Below, in pieces: positions 27,306-37,355 of a stretch of DNA of 64,000 bases. Below the pieces are notes generated by a model, which was not told where the DNA came from, ran no database searches, and saw only the letters and a program-made list of their open reading frames with translations. Location: the IMG/VR virus record IMGVR_UViG_3300042301_004094, positions 1-64,000 of that record. One strand, 5' to 3'. How positions within the stretch are numbered: position 1 is the first letter of the stretch; every line of letters begins with the position of its first letter. This stretch comes from an uncultured virus (IMG/VR IMGVR_UViG_3300042301_004094). Taxonomy: Duplodnaviria > Heunggongvirae > Uroviricota > Caudoviricetes. The translations under genes were made by a program, and so were the position numbers.

Positions 27306-27899
27306 TTATAGGATTCCAAGCGCTTTCATATTTTCTATTTGATCTTCTGAAAGCTGGAAATCCGGTTCCTCTACTTTGAATTTGTTAGTGGTGAAACTCT
27401 CAATTTTATCCACTTGATCAGGGGTAAACACGTCACCTATGAATAGAAAATAGCAATTGTAACATAACAATTCTAAATTCTCTAAACGATAATTACGTTT
27501 ATTATTATCTTTAAAATTAAGTAACAATGGTATCTTGTAATCAGTTACTCGACGCTCACAGAATCCACAATTAGCACAATCTTCAGATATTTTATTTTCA
27601 TAAATCAATCTATTCTTAATCTTTTCAGGATTAAAATGAGATGGATCCATCTGCCCATTTAATATCTGTTCTAAAGCAGGTTCTTTTTTAACTCCAACTA
27701 AATGTTTTGGAATGCCTTTACCAGACTGGTTAAAGTGAGTATCAAATAGAGTTTTACCAGTTTCATCATCTTTATAGAGCTTAGCGTATGCTTTGTAATG
27801 AGTATAAGAACAATCTAAGTAACGAGCAGCTGCTCTATTACTACGAGTGTGTCTCATAGCCCTTAAGATATCATCTTTCGAAAACGGTTTTGGTTTCAT
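27306..27899 (-). CDS. HTH plus degenerate HNH-like zinc-binding protein
   Basis: SNRAAARYLDCSY; CANC...LLLNFKDNNKRNYRLENLELLCYNCY. Confidence 0.7.
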   Translation of the reverse strand: MKPKPFSKDDILRAMRHTRSNRAAARYLDCSYTHYKAYAKLYKDDETGKTLFDTHFNQSGKGIPKHLVGVKKEPALEQILNGQMDPSHFNPEKIKNRLIYENKISEDCANCGFCERRVTDYKIPLLLNFKDNNKRNYRLENLELLCYNCYFLFIGDVFTPDQVDKIESFTTNKFKVEEPDFQLSEDQIENMKALGIL

Positions 27900-27901
27900 A
27901 A

Positions 27902-28315
27902 CTATTTTTTCTTCTTCTCATTCCCATTTATAACTTGTAATAACATCCACAAATCATCAGGATTTTGCAAGAGTATTTCGTTACCATTAGGATCAACTAA
28001 AACTTGTATATTTCCTTCAGGATCAATTCGATCATATAAATAGAAAAATATTAATTCAGATGCTTCTTTTCCAAAATGTAATATAATTAAATTATCAATA
28101 GCCTCATAAAATACATCATCGTATTTAGTAAGATCTAATTGAAAATCACCACTTAATAGAAAAGATCTTGTGTTTGCTTGTTCTAGATTAATTATAATTT
28201 TATTAAATAATTCTCTAGTAGCATCAGCTTGTGTCTTTTTTCTTCTTGTAAGTGTTGTATCAGAACCTAAAATTAAATCTATTGATTTTTTTGCGTCATC
28301 AACATTTCCTTCCAT
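27902..28315 (-). CDS. hypothetical protein
   Basis: ORF in string. Confidence 0.65.
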   Translation of the reverse strand: MEGNVDDAKKSIDLILGSDTTLTRRKKTQADATRELFNKIIINLEQANTRSFLLSGDFQLDLTKYDDVFYEAIDNLIILHFGKEASELIFFYLYDRIDPEGNIQVLVDPNGNEILLQNPDDLWMLLQVINGNEKKKK

Positions 28316-28317
28316 AA

Positions 28318-28617
28318 CTAAATTTGTTTTATTAAATCCCTTATCTCAATACATCTATCATAGTCTTCGTTTTCTACATAGTGCTCTAATAGATTTTCAA
28401 GAGTTGGTTGCCATTTCTCTTTTTCTAATTCCAAATATGAAGTTGTACCTGCAATTTGAAATAAAGAAATTGATTTTTTCTTCTTTTTAATTCCGTCTTT
28501 TATAGCAAATATTGTTTCCTCTATAACTGCTTTTCTAATTGCAGGATGTGTACTTACTTGTTCATAGGTTGCCCCATCACCAAGTGATATTTTAAACACT
28601 GGAATTCTCCTTTTCAT
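28318..28617 (-). CDS. protein with C-terminal UVR-like motif (paralog of 25373-25696)
   Basis: YVENEDYDRCIEIRDLI. Confidence 0.6.
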   Translation of the reverse strand: MKRRIPVFKISLGDGATYEQVSTHPAIRKAVIEETIFAIKDGIKKKKKSISLFQIAGTTSYLELEKEKWQPTLENLLEHYVENEDYDRCIEIRDLIKQI

Positions 28618-28638
28618 ATTATTCCTTTTTAACAGTGA

Positions 28639-28983
28639 TTACTCAGCTGTAACTTCTTCTTCTGGCGCTGCAGGGGCTTCTGTTGGAACTTCCTCTGCTG
28701 GTTGTTCTTCAGGCATAATTGCCTTTTTAATCATCAATCGGATATCCTGAATAGGAATTAGAAAACCAATAACATTATCAAAAGGAACATCTGTGTCCAT
28801 ATTTGCAGTCATATTAAATTGTTGCAAACCTTGGTTTAATTTTGATTGTAGCTTTTGAGTCATAGCAGCTTTATCATCACCCACTAATGTTTGAGGTAAT
28901 GCAAATTGTACCTTAATACCCTTTTTTGTTGGGTTATGGTTTACATCTACTTTAAGTTTTGGTTTTATGTTTAAATCTGCCAT
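28639..28983 (-). CDS. hypothetical protein with acidic Pro/Ala tail
   Basis: ORF preceded by ATATTTATA motif. Confidence 0.65.
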   Translation of the reverse strand: MADLNIKPKLKVDVNHNPTKKGIKVQFALPQTLVGDDKAAMTQKLQSKLNQGLQQFNMTANMDTDVPFDNVIGFLIPIQDIRLMIKKAIMPEEQPAEEVPTEAPAAPEEEVTAE

Positions 28984-29010
28984 TATAATATGTTTATATA
29001 TAAATATTAA

Positions 29011-29553
29011 TTATTCTATGATCTCATCAACAAGACCATATTTTTGTGCTGTTCTAACATCAAAATACCACTCCGCTTGCCTGTCTCTGTGAGGTTGTAA
29101 TATTTTTGGTGTTAGTTTTGTTTTAGAAATCAGATAAGTATCACATAATTTATCAATACGTTCTGTTTCTTTTAATTCTTGTTTATGAAATGCTACTTTA
29201 CCATTAATTTCATATGCCGCTTCGTGATACATAAATGTCGAATATTTACTCGCAATTCTGTGATGTCCCGCAGCATATACTATTAAAGCCATTGACATTG
29301 CTGTACCATGGCATATAGTATGGATTGGAGTCTGCGAATTATCAATTACATCAATTAAAGCCAATCCACTGAACACTTCCCCACCAAATGAATTAATAAT
29401 GAGTTTAATTGGTTCTACTGTTTGCTTTTTAGCGTCTTCATTGTTAATCTCATATATATCTTGTATAATTTGATTAACAGTTTCACACTCAATATCCCCC
29501 AATGTTATGATCCGACTTAATGGGTCTAATTTGGAACGACGCTCTCTTGACAT
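29011..29553 (-). CDS. clpP: ClpP-like protease
   Basis: INSFGGEV, GTAMSMA (catalytic Ser), FMYHE (His), A.KYGLVDEII. Confidence 0.88.
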   Translation of the reverse strand: MSRERRSKLDPLSRIITLGDIECETVNQIIQDIYEINNEDAKKQTVEPIKLIINSFGGEVFSGLALIDVIDNSQTPIHTICHGTAMSMALIVYAAGHHRIASKYSTFMYHEAAYEINGKVAFHKQELKETERIDKLCDTYLISKTKLTPKILQPHRDRQAEWYFDVRTAQKYGLVDEIIE

Positions 29554-29588
29554 AATTTATAATTTTCTCTTATAAATATAAGTCCAAA

Positions 29589-30371
29589 TTATTGCTTAAA
29601 CAAAGGAGGACAGTTAGAATTTGTTTTTCCGTCTCGGTACCCATAGAAACCCCATTTATATTTAAAATATTCATGGCATTCCCTCTCAATTAATCCTTTC
29701 TGATATGTTACTTCAGGTTCTACTTTTCTAGTACCTACTGAAACAAAATGATAAAAGTGAGTATTATATGTTCTTTTCATCTCCATCCCCATCATTTCAC
29801 ATTTCATAAAAAATTCCCAATCAACAACCCAAGGACCAGGATATGTTTCGTCCCAACCCCCAACTTGGAGATATTTGGTTTTATTCATGAATATAGGAAG
29901 AGTGGAACCACAGTTATCAGATTCTTTTCTATTGATTGTTTCAGTATATTCCCAAAATTTATTAATATCAAATTCTTCTACTGTTCCTAAAGGATGAATT
30001 ACAAACTGTTGAAATATTCCTGGATTAGGTTCTATTTGGTTTGGAGCCCAAACAATGTTTGGATCATATATTTCTTCTAATTTAACATCCCAATCTTTAT
30101 CAAATACATTATCATCATTTACAATTAATATCTTATCTGATGATGCATTGTATACTCCAAAATTAGTAGCTGTATTTAATCCTCTATTTTCAGGTAAATT
30201 AAGTACATCAATATGTTTAGAATATTTATCTAATACCTCTTTATTAATATCGTAGAAACCATCTACAACAACTATAATTTGGTTTTTATTTGTTTGTCCT
30301 TCAATTGCTGATTTTAGACATACGTCTAAAGCGTGAGGTTCTTTATATGTTGGAATTATTACGGATACCAT
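29589..30371 (-). CDS. glycosyltransferase family 2
   Basis: VSVIIPTY, VVVDG, VNDD, VGGWDE motifs. Confidence 0.88.
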   Translation of the reverse strand: MVSVIIPTYKEPHALDVCLKSAIEGQTNKNQIIVVVDGFYDINKEVLDKYSKHIDVLNLPENRGLNTATNFGVYNASSDKILIVNDDNVFDKDWDVKLEEIYDPNIVWAPNQIEPNPGIFQQFVIHPLGTVEEFDINKFWEYTETINRKESDNCGSTLPIFMNKTKYLQVGGWDETYPGPWVVDWEFFMKCEMMGMEMKRTYNTHFYHFVSVGTRKVEPEVTYQKGLIERECHEYFKYKWGFYGYRDGKTNSNCPPLFKQ

Positions 30372-30916
30372 CTTAATGAGTTATATGTTGATAATACCTT
30401 AGGAATATACGACTTTGTTTTTGCTTTACCAAAACATTCTACAGCAAAATACCCATCAGCATCATATTTTTCAATTTGAAATCTTGTATCACCTATAGTT
30501 TCTCTATCAACTATAAAATTATGACTATCAACTCTATGTAAGGCGATATTGTCTCCGTTTAGTCTAAAAGTTCCATTTTGATTTTCCTGATCAAATGAAA
30601 TAAAATTTTCATTTAGGTCTTTAATATTATTCCATAAATCATAATGAATAACAGTATCATCATCATTTGAATAAACATACCCTTCATTTATAAGAGAAAT
30701 AGCATAATTTCTTTGAGCATGACCTGCTATACTTCCTTCTTCTTGATAATTATGAAACTCACAATTTTCAGGTAAAATATATTCACTTAATGTAGATAAA
30801 TCAGAAGCGTCTAGTACAACTATCCATCTATAATTCTCTTTAGGAATATTAATACTTTTACTTATTGTCATTAGGTTTTGTGGCCTAGAACATGGTGTTA
30901 TAATATTTAAAAACAT
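30359..30916 (-). CDS. GT-A fold glycosyltransferase
   Basis: IITPCSR, WIVV.D, QRN.A, NDDD motifs. Confidence 0.75.
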   Translation of the reverse strand: MFLNIITPCSRPQNLMTISKSINIPKENYRWIVVLDASDLSTLSEYILPENCEFHNYQEEGSIAGHAQRNYAISLINEGYVYSNDDDTVIHYDLWNNIKDLNENFISFDQENQNGTFRLNGDNIALHRVDSHNFIVDRETIGDTRFQIEKYDADGYFAVECFGKAKTKSYIPKVLSTYNSLRWYP

Positions 30917-30918
30917 AA

Positions 30919-31479
30919 TTATACTCTTTTAATCCAACTAGTATCAGAAAATGTTTGATCTATCTTTAGCATCTCATTTATCCCATCAATAACACCTTGG
31001 TGGTTTGGGTGGTAATCATGTCCTGCTATAAATCCTCCTTTTTTTATTAAAGGGAGATAGTTTTCAATATCTTTTTTTATTTGATCGTAAGTGTGGAGAC
31101 CATCAATATAGATAAAATCAAATGATTGAGTTTTTAAATCTTCAATAGCATCATCTGATAATTTCTGAATGTGTTTAATATTATTTTTATCTTCTATATT
31201 TAGTAAAAATTGTTCGTGAACTACTGATAAAGAAACATGTTTACAAGTCTCGTCGTTTGGGTCATAATCATCTAAAAAAGGATCTATTGTAATAACCTCT
31301 TTAAAATGATCAGCAAATACTAAAGTAGATTCGCCTAAATAAGATCCTATTTCAACCATTTTCATTTTTTTGGTTGGGGATATTTCATTTATATACTCAA
31401 TGAGATCATATAACCCTTGGATCATAATAGATTCTGTTCTCATATACCTAAAGTTAGGTAATTTTTTCTTTATCTCCAT
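30919..31479 (-). CDS. class I SAM methyltransferase (Methyltransf_24-like)
   Basis: VEIGSYLGES, DFIYIDGLH, GGFIAGHDY. Confidence 0.88.
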   Translation of the reverse strand: MEIKKKLPNFRYMRTESIMIQGLYDLIEYINEISPTKKMKMVEIGSYLGESTLVFADHFKEVITIDPFLDDYDPNDETCKHVSLSVVHEQFLLNIEDKNNIKHIQKLSDDAIEDLKTQSFDFIYIDGLHTYDQIKKDIENYLPLIKKGGFIAGHDYHPNHQGVIDGINEMLKIDQTFSDTSWIKRV

Positions 31480-32105
31480 TTTAATTCATTTGATATTGTG
31501 TTGTGAGGATATATAGAACCATTAGTATAGTTCTTAAAATTATTAATTATTCTATTAGGGTAGTTGGAGATATATTTTTTATCTTTAATATAAACTGATA
31601 TATAATCACTCCAAATGTCATTTTCTTTATCACTAGTATATTGTTCTAATACACCACAATTATATCCATTTCTAACTCCCCAATTAGATAATGAATGTGC
31701 ACTATCTGGGAAGAATCTCCAATAATCCATAGGGTATCTGTGAAATGCTCCTATAGATGGAGCATTGATATAAAGAACTCCTGTTGGTTTTAATATTCTT
31801 ATTGCTTCTAAGAATGTTAACCAGAAGAATTCAATATGTTCAAAGCATGAAGAACTCACAATAAAATCTACAGAATTATCTTCAATAGGAAATTTATAAG
31901 GATCCTCTAATACTACATCTACCCCAGGCATTTTTTCTAAATCTATTCCTATGTACTTAGAACCTGATGGGGCTAATGAACGGATATTAAATTCTCTCCC
32001 ATTTCCCCCTATTTGAGATCCTATTTCAGTTATAATTGGGTTTGAAACTTGATTAACATAAGTTCCAAAAAATCTTCTAGCGTTAGCTTCAGCAGTTGCG
32101 TGCAT
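31470..32105 (-). CDS. class I SAM methyltransferase (Methyltransf_11-like)
   Basis: EIGS, YIGID, SSCFEH, RILKPTG, HRYPMDYWRF. Confidence 0.88.
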   Translation of the reverse strand: MHATAEANARRFFGTYVNQVSNPIITEIGSQIGGNGREFNIRSLAPSGSKYIGIDLEKMPGVDVVLEDPYKFPIEDNSVDFIVSSSCFEHIEFFWLTFLEAIRILKPTGVLYINAPSIGAFHRYPMDYWRFFPDSAHSLSNWGVRNGYNCGVLEQYTSDKENDIWSDYISVYIKDKKYISNYPNRIINNFKNYTNGSIYPHNTISNELKWR

Positions 32106-32536
32106 TAATCTTGTTTAAAATATTCAATGTAATTTAAAGCCTCCATGTATGTGCTTCCAAAGTGTTGAATTGTTTTCATATCTGCTTTGTGAGTAGCACC
32201 TTCAGGGAATTTTGCTTTTTCTTCTTCAGTAATAGGAGTAGCTTTAACTCCAGCCCACTGCCAAACATTATCGGCTAAATCAACAAATACCATTCCTTTA
32301 GTTGGGTGGTTGATTGTTGAAGGATACCAATAATATCCGTTGTTATCTAGTTTTTTAATAGCTCTATATAATTCGGGTAATACAGCTTCTGTTTGTTCTA
32401 AATTGATTTTTTCAATATGTTGATCTGAATTAGAAGCAAATCCACATCCAAAACAATGCCATAGTTTCTTTTGCTCTTGTTCTACTTCATAACAGAAGTC
32501 TGAACTACAAATAGGGCAAGTGATTAATTTATCCAT
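32105..32536 (-). CDS. zinc-ribbon hypothetical protein
   Basis: CPIC...CFGC. Confidence 0.65.
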   Translation of the reverse strand: MDKLITCPICSSDFCYEVEQEQKKLWHCFGCGFASNSDQHIEKINLEQTEAVLPELYRAIKKLDNNGYYWYPSTINHPTKGMVFVDLADNVWQWAGVKATPITEEEKAKFPEGATHKADMKTIQHFGSTYMEALNYIEYFKQD

Positions 32537-32822
32537 TATTTTTTAATTTATTTGTTGTTGTTGTAACCCAATTTCCACCTAAATCTTCTGCGTTGTAGTG
32601 AAGACCTTCGTTTCCATTCTGTCCTATAATATCCATTCTACGTTCTAATTCTTCTTCATTCCAGCTTTCTTGATCATGACCTGAGCAAGGGGGTGTTTTA
32701 GAGGTATCATTTACTTCTTCTAATTTTTCTTTCAATGTATCCCATTGTTTTGGAGTAAGATTATACTCATGTACCCCTTCTGTAAATCCCTTCAACCAAA
32801 TTACAAATTCTTTACTTGTCAT
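32529..32822 (-). CDS. hypothetical phage protein
   Basis: MT..EFV.WLKGF N-terminus; RMDIIGQNGNEG.HY motif. Confidence 0.6.
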   Translation of the reverse strand: MTSKEFVIWLKGFTEGVHEYNLTPKQWDTLKEKLEEVNDTSKTPPCSGHDQESWNEEELERRMDIIGQNGNEGLHYNAEDLGGNWVTTTTNKLKNNG

Positions 32823-34116
32823 CTTCAGCTTTATTTAAGGTTGGTAATGTTGTTTTGCTTAGCTTAGGAAGTGGTATTTCTTTAGTAAAATTAGCATCTA
32901 ATATTTCAACTAATTTTTCACCCATTTTTTCTAAACTAAAATCATTACGACAAATATACGACTGTCTCTTTGCTTTTTCAACATACTCATCATAATCTGC
33001 ATAAACTGCTTTTAATGCTAATGAAGCTTGGTTATAGTCCGGAGTAAACCATTTTGATTCTAATATCAGCATATTTTCAACAACAGCACTCTTATCTATT
33101 GGCTTTATTTCACCACCAACAAACACACTAAATTCTTTACTTAAGAAATCAGTATGTCCACTCCATCCACTAACAACAATTGGTTTTTGTGCTTGAGTGA
33201 ATTCAATTAATGGTCTACCATATCCTTCACCTTTAGTTAAGCTTAGCATTGCTTTTACTTTGGAATGATTATATAAACCATTCATTTCGTCATCTGTTAA
33301 TTCACCATGTAATAAATAAATGTTTGGTAAATCACCATCAACCATTGATTTAACTTCTTCTATTTTAGCAATCATTTGGTCTCTATCCATAATTGAATAA
33401 TTACCACCATTTACTTTTAGAATAAGTCCTGGTTTTATTTTTCTATTTTTAAAGGTTTCAAGAAATGCTTTAATGGTTCCACCCATATTTTTTCTATCTT
33501 CCCCAAAATTACCTTGTAACCAATGACCAACAACTAAAAAATTAAAATGCTCAGGAATGCTTTTTAATATATCGTCTAAAGTTTCATCAACTTTATTTGT
33601 TTTTTTATAAATTTGAGTATCAACTCCTTCAAACAACACTTCTACTGGTACTGTTGTTTCAATTATTCCAACAACTTCTTCAGGATTGTCTTTTTTACGT
33701 TGTTCGTATTTTGAATTTAAGAATACCTTTTTAGAATGGTTACATGAAGTTAATACTAAATCCATTCTATTACATCCTTCAATCCAAGTAGTAGCACATA
33801 AATCCGTTTCAATACCAGCAGTAATACCAATATTGTATTTACCTACCTTTTGAAATTCGTTAGGTACTGTAATTTGAATCCAAATATCAGGAACTCCTTC
33901 TAATTTATTATTGCTTAGCTGAATGCAATCAATAATTTTTTTATGGTCTGGGTTTGATGGATTTAAAAATCCAAATGGAGTACTACCCCATCTTTGTGAT
34001 AGGATTTTAACTTCATATTTTTCTGAGTTGATAAGTGCTTTAACTACATCTCTCGATCTTGCTCCATAGCCACTAAATGTATCTATTGGGCAACTAATTG
34101 CTATAACTGGTTTCAT
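32812..34116 (-). CDS. GT-B (family 4-like) glycosyltransferase
   Basis: SGYG, DRKN, KGEGYGRPLIE motifs. Confidence 0.85.
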   Translation of the reverse strand: MKPVIAISCPIDTFSGYGARSRDVVKALINSEKYEVKILSQRWGSTPFGFLNPSNPDHKKIIDCIQLSNNKLEGVPDIWIQITVPNEFQKVGKYNIGITAGIETDLCATTWIEGCNRMDLVLTSCNHSKKVFLNSKYEQRKKDNPEEVVGIIETTVPVEVLFEGVDTQIYKKTNKVDETLDDILKSIPEHFNFLVVGHWLQGNFGEDRKNMGGTIKAFLETFKNRKIKPGLILKVNGGNYSIMDRDQMIAKIEEVKSMVDGDLPNIYLLHGELTDDEMNGLYNHSKVKAMLSLTKGEGYGRPLIEFTQAQKPIVVSGWSGHTDFLSKEFSVFVGGEIKPIDKSAVVENMLILESKWFTPDYNQASLALKAVYADYDEYVEKAKRQSYICRNDFSLEKMGEKLVEILDANFTKEIPLPKLSKTTLPTLNKAEDDK

Positions 34117-34118
34117 AA

Positions 34119-35573
34119 CTATTCTGCTATTAAATAAGGGTTATAATGTTGTGGTTGATCCGGGGTTTCAACAGGAATTAATTCATATGTGTATCTTGGA
34201 GTCCATTTTTTAAATGTTTCTTCAATACCGTCTATAACATTTTTAGACATTAATCTAGCTGACATCATTGATTCATCTGATGTTACCCATTTATAAGCTG
34301 CTTGGCCTCTTTCTTTAAAGTTTTGAGGTGTGATTGTTTTAAGACCATATACTACTGAGATTTGTTCAGCAATAGCAAATGGTTCAGCTCTATCATCAAA
34401 TATGTAAGGTGTTGGTTGAGAACCTACTAAACTTAAATTGTTTGGAAATACGGGGAATGCCCACCCACCACAGTTTTTATATTTACCTCTATGGTTGGAA
34501 CCAAACTCTTCAGTGAATTTAATCCACTCACCTAATTCATTTTCAAATCGCATTTGGTCTTGCATACCACCTGTTACTGTAGCTATAATAGGTTTGCCAC
34601 ACATCATAGATTCAGTTAAACTTAAACCCCATCCTTCATTACTACTAGGTAATACAGTTGCATCACAAGCATTGTAAAGTAAATTCATTACTTGTGCTGG
34701 TTGTTTACCTTGAGAGAAGATAATGTTTCCACCTTCTTTTCCAAAGATCATATCTCGCACTGCTTCTAAATCAGTACCATGCTCATCTTTTACATGAGTA
34801 TGCATTACTAAACAAGTTTTACTTGCTTTTTCTTTAGGTAATTGAGAACGAAATTTATTCCATGCTAACATCAAATCAGGTACTGATTTGCGTCTTATGT
34901 TTCTAGCATTATATAATAATGTAAAATCATATTTTTTATCACCAAACAATTGTTTTTTAAACTCTTGTAAAGCTAAATATTCAGGTTTATCTTCAGTGAT
35001 AGGGAAGAAAATATTTTCATTTATTCCATGAGGAACATATTTAATTACTTTTTCTTCAGCTGCCTCCCCTAATACAACCCTATTAATGTTTTCTGTTTGT
35101 TTACTAATTGCTAGTAAAGCATCACATGACTCGTAGTATGATTTATTATACATTGGGTAAGGAATACTATCCCAAATGTTTAAATAAATAAGAGGCATTT
35201 GTTTTCTTATCTCATGCTCATTTTGAAATAACCAAATCCAATAACGAGGATCTGTAAAGATCATCATTGCATCTGGTTTTTCATTCTTGATGATTTGGCG
35301 TACAAATTCTATAGTGCCGTATCCTTTTACAGGATAAATAAATACACTAGAATCTTCAATACCAGCATGTTCGTTAGTACTAGCACAAATATCTAATTTT
35401 TTACCTTCTTCAGGGTGGTTTACACCACCACCTAAATTGACCCAATTAAAGTGATGAGCGGTACCCACTACTATTTCTCTAGCCATAGTGGATATACCGC
35501 TCGTCATTCTAATATCATCACAAAGTAATAGGATTTTCTTTCTATCCTCTTGTTTAATATAACCTTCTTTCAT
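34119..35573 (-). CDS. GT-B (family 4-like) glycosyltransferase
   Basis: VPHGIN, RNIRRK, NEGWGLSLTESM..GKPII...TGG. Confidence 0.88.
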   Translation of the reverse strand: MKEGYIKQEDRKKILLLCDDIRMTSGISTMAREIVVGTAHHFNWVNLGGGVNHPEEGKKLDICASTNEHAGIEDSSVFIYPVKGYGTIEFVRQIIKNEKPDAMMIFTDPRYWIWLFQNEHEIRKQMPLIYLNIWDSIPYPMYNKSYYESCDALLAISKQTENINRVVLGEAAEEKVIKYVPHGINENIFFPITEDKPEYLALQEFKKQLFGDKKYDFTLLYNARNIRRKSVPDLMLAWNKFRSQLPKEKASKTCLVMHTHVKDEHGTDLEAVRDMIFGKEGGNIIFSQGKQPAQVMNLLYNACDATVLPSSNEGWGLSLTESMMCGKPIIATVTGGMQDQMRFENELGEWIKFTEEFGSNHRGKYKNCGGWAFPVFPNNLSLVGSQPTPYIFDDRAEPFAIAEQISVVYGLKTITPQNFKERGQAAYKWVTSDESMMSARLMSKNVIDGIEETFKKWTPRYTYELIPVETPDQPQHYNPYLIAE

Positions 35574-35580
35574 AACGTAG

Positions 35581-35775
35581 TTAGTCTTCTTTTTTCAGTT
35601 GTGTATTTAATTGGTTATGTACCGTTTTACGAAATTCTTCATCAGTTAAATATAAATACATTGCACGCTCTGTTAATTTTTGAATGCTGAATTTATGTTT
35701 AACACAGGCTATTTTGAATTCTTCAAATAACGATTCAGGCACCTTTACACTTGTTAATTGCATTTTTTCTGCCAT
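35581..35775 (-). CDS. ribbon-helix-helix-like DNA-binding protein
   Basis: LTSVKV strand followed by two helices. Confidence 0.6.
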   Translation of the reverse strand: MAEKMQLTSVKVPESLFEEFKIACVKHKFSIQKLTERAMYLYLTDEEFRKTVHNQLNTQLKKED

Positions 35776-35817
35776 AGTTTGTAGTTTTTATATATTCGGA
35801 TATAAATATATAAATTT

Positions 35818-36759
35818 TTAAGAAACTATGATTTTGTCGCAAAGCTCTGGTGAATCATTATAAGGACACCATTTACATGAGCTTTCGCCTACATTTTTAA
35901 GGTACGATTTTATTTGTGGTTTCCCAAAACCATCGAAACAATCTTTAAGAAAATTATTAAAATTATCTATTGCTTGCTTTCGTTTGATTTTACCACTTGC
36001 TGGTTTAAATGATTGGACTCTTGGAGTTGGGTATTCTGATTGCTCCCAGATTTTTCGTTTAACAATGAAGTATTCGACTTCAATTTTCTCAATATCGACC
36101 CCAAATTGTTTTGAAAAGTACTCCTTGTATAATAACACTTGAGCAATTTTATTATCGTCTTTCTTTTCTCTATCTCCCCACCCTCGTGTTGATGTTTTGA
36201 TATCATATATATAAATTTTATCTAAATCTTCATCATACAACACAAAATCAATAAATCCTTTTAAAAATACATTATTAGCAACATTTGTTAATATTGGTAT
36301 TTCAATACCTAATAATTTTACTCGACGAATACTAAATAATATATTTCTATTTTTCTTAATCCACTTCATTATAGCAACAGCATCCTCATAAAATTCTCCC
36401 ATTTCTTGAGGTGTAGTAAAATGAGATCCCATTTTCTTATATTCCTTAGAATATACTTCTGAGAATTTAGCTTGGAATAATTCTTCCAAATCCATTCTGT
36501 CTGCTGCAGCTCCACTTACATTATACATCGTTTCAAGATACGATTGTATAGTTTCATGAAATGCTGTTCCAAATACAGTATGAATACTAGCTTGGTATGG
36601 TTGTTTGTTTTCTACGTAAGTTAAATACCACTTATGAGGACATGAAGCCCACATAGTATATTGAGAGTAAGATACAGTTTTATGAAATGCAGGATTAACC
36701 TCAGGTTGTTGGTGGTTTTTTATCTTAAGTTCAACCTCAGTTAATTTTTTCTTTCCCAC
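35818..36759 (-). CDS. PD-(D/E)XK exonuclease (RecB/Cas4-like)
   Basis: SYSQ...CP, FGTAFH, GFID, DIKTS, Q...Y, CKWCPY......C. Confidence 0.85.
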   Translation of the reverse strand: MGKKKLTEVELKIKNHQQPEVNPAFHKTVSYSQYTMWASCPHKWYLTYVENKQPYQASIHTVFGTAFHETIQSYLETMYNVSGAAADRMDLEELFQAKFSEVYSKEYKKMGSHFTTPQEMGEFYEDAVAIMKWIKKNRNILFSIRRVKLLGIEIPILTNVANNVFLKGFIDFVLYDEDLDKIYIYDIKTSTRGWGDREKKDDNKIAQVLLYKEYFSKQFGVDIEKIEVEYFIVKRKIWEQSEYPTPRVQSFKPASGKIKRKQAIDNFNNFLKDCFDGFGKPQIKSYLKNVGESSCKWCPYNDSPELCDKIIVS

Positions 36760-36991
36760 TAATTTCTTGTTTAATTTTTTCTAAATACAAGATAGCATCC
36801 ATATGCTCTTGTTTAGCGTGCTCAATCCACTCAAGTAAAGATAAATCAGTACGGTCTAAAGTAACACCATATTTTTTCTTTCCCATAATAGCTCTTGTTG
36901 TAAACTGAGTAATAATTGAACTTACAACTGAGTCTATTTGGTGTAATTCTCCATTCTCGTCTTCAGTATAATAGTATTCTTTACTTTCCAT
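36737..36991 (-). CDS. small all-alpha protein, possible nucleotide pyrophosphohydrolase
   Basis: RA..G.KKYG..L...W..HA.QE.MDA..Y pattern. Confidence 0.45.
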   Translation of the reverse strand: MESKEYYYTEDENGELHQIDSVVSSIITQFTTRAIMGKKKYGVTLDRTDLSLLEWIEHAKQEHMDAILYLEKIKQEISGKEKIN

Positions 36992-37355
36992 TGATTTGTG
37001 ATATTATATTATTTAATTCGTCTTTAGGAAGCATTGAAATATATTCTTTAGCTTCCTTCTTACTTACTTCGAAGTACAATGATACTGCTTCTACTTCGCC
37101 AGCATCATAATCTTTCTTATTTTTAGGCTTAATATATTTAAGATACTTGTATTGTTTGGGAATAAGATCCTTATACAAATTGTATAGGTGTTCGCCCTTC
37201 ATTTGCCAAGTATTCTTTTGAACAACATTAACTACTTCACAATAATCAGGATCCATACTGAGAAAACGATTAATCATCCAGTTGTTCCAACCTTCATCTC
37301 CTAAGTATGTTCCTTTATTAGTTGTGATATTTTTAATATGATCAAATATATTCAT
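36981..37355 (-). CDS. clamp loader small subunit (T4 gp62-like)
   Basis: WMINRFLSM, YF.VS.KEAKEY; near gp44-like gene. Confidence 0.75.
   Translation of the reverse strand: MNIFDHIKNITTNKGTYLGDEGWNNWMINRFLSMDPDYCEVVNVVQKNTWQMKGEHLYNLYKDLIPKQYKYLKYIKPKNKKDYDAGEVEAVSLYFEVSKKEAKEYISMLPKDELNNIISQINGK

Noticed and set aside
35818..36759. CRISPR-Cas system suggested by the Cas4-like nuclease
   Set aside because: No repeat-spacer array or other cas genes seen; stand-alone nucleases of this type are common in phage replication blocks
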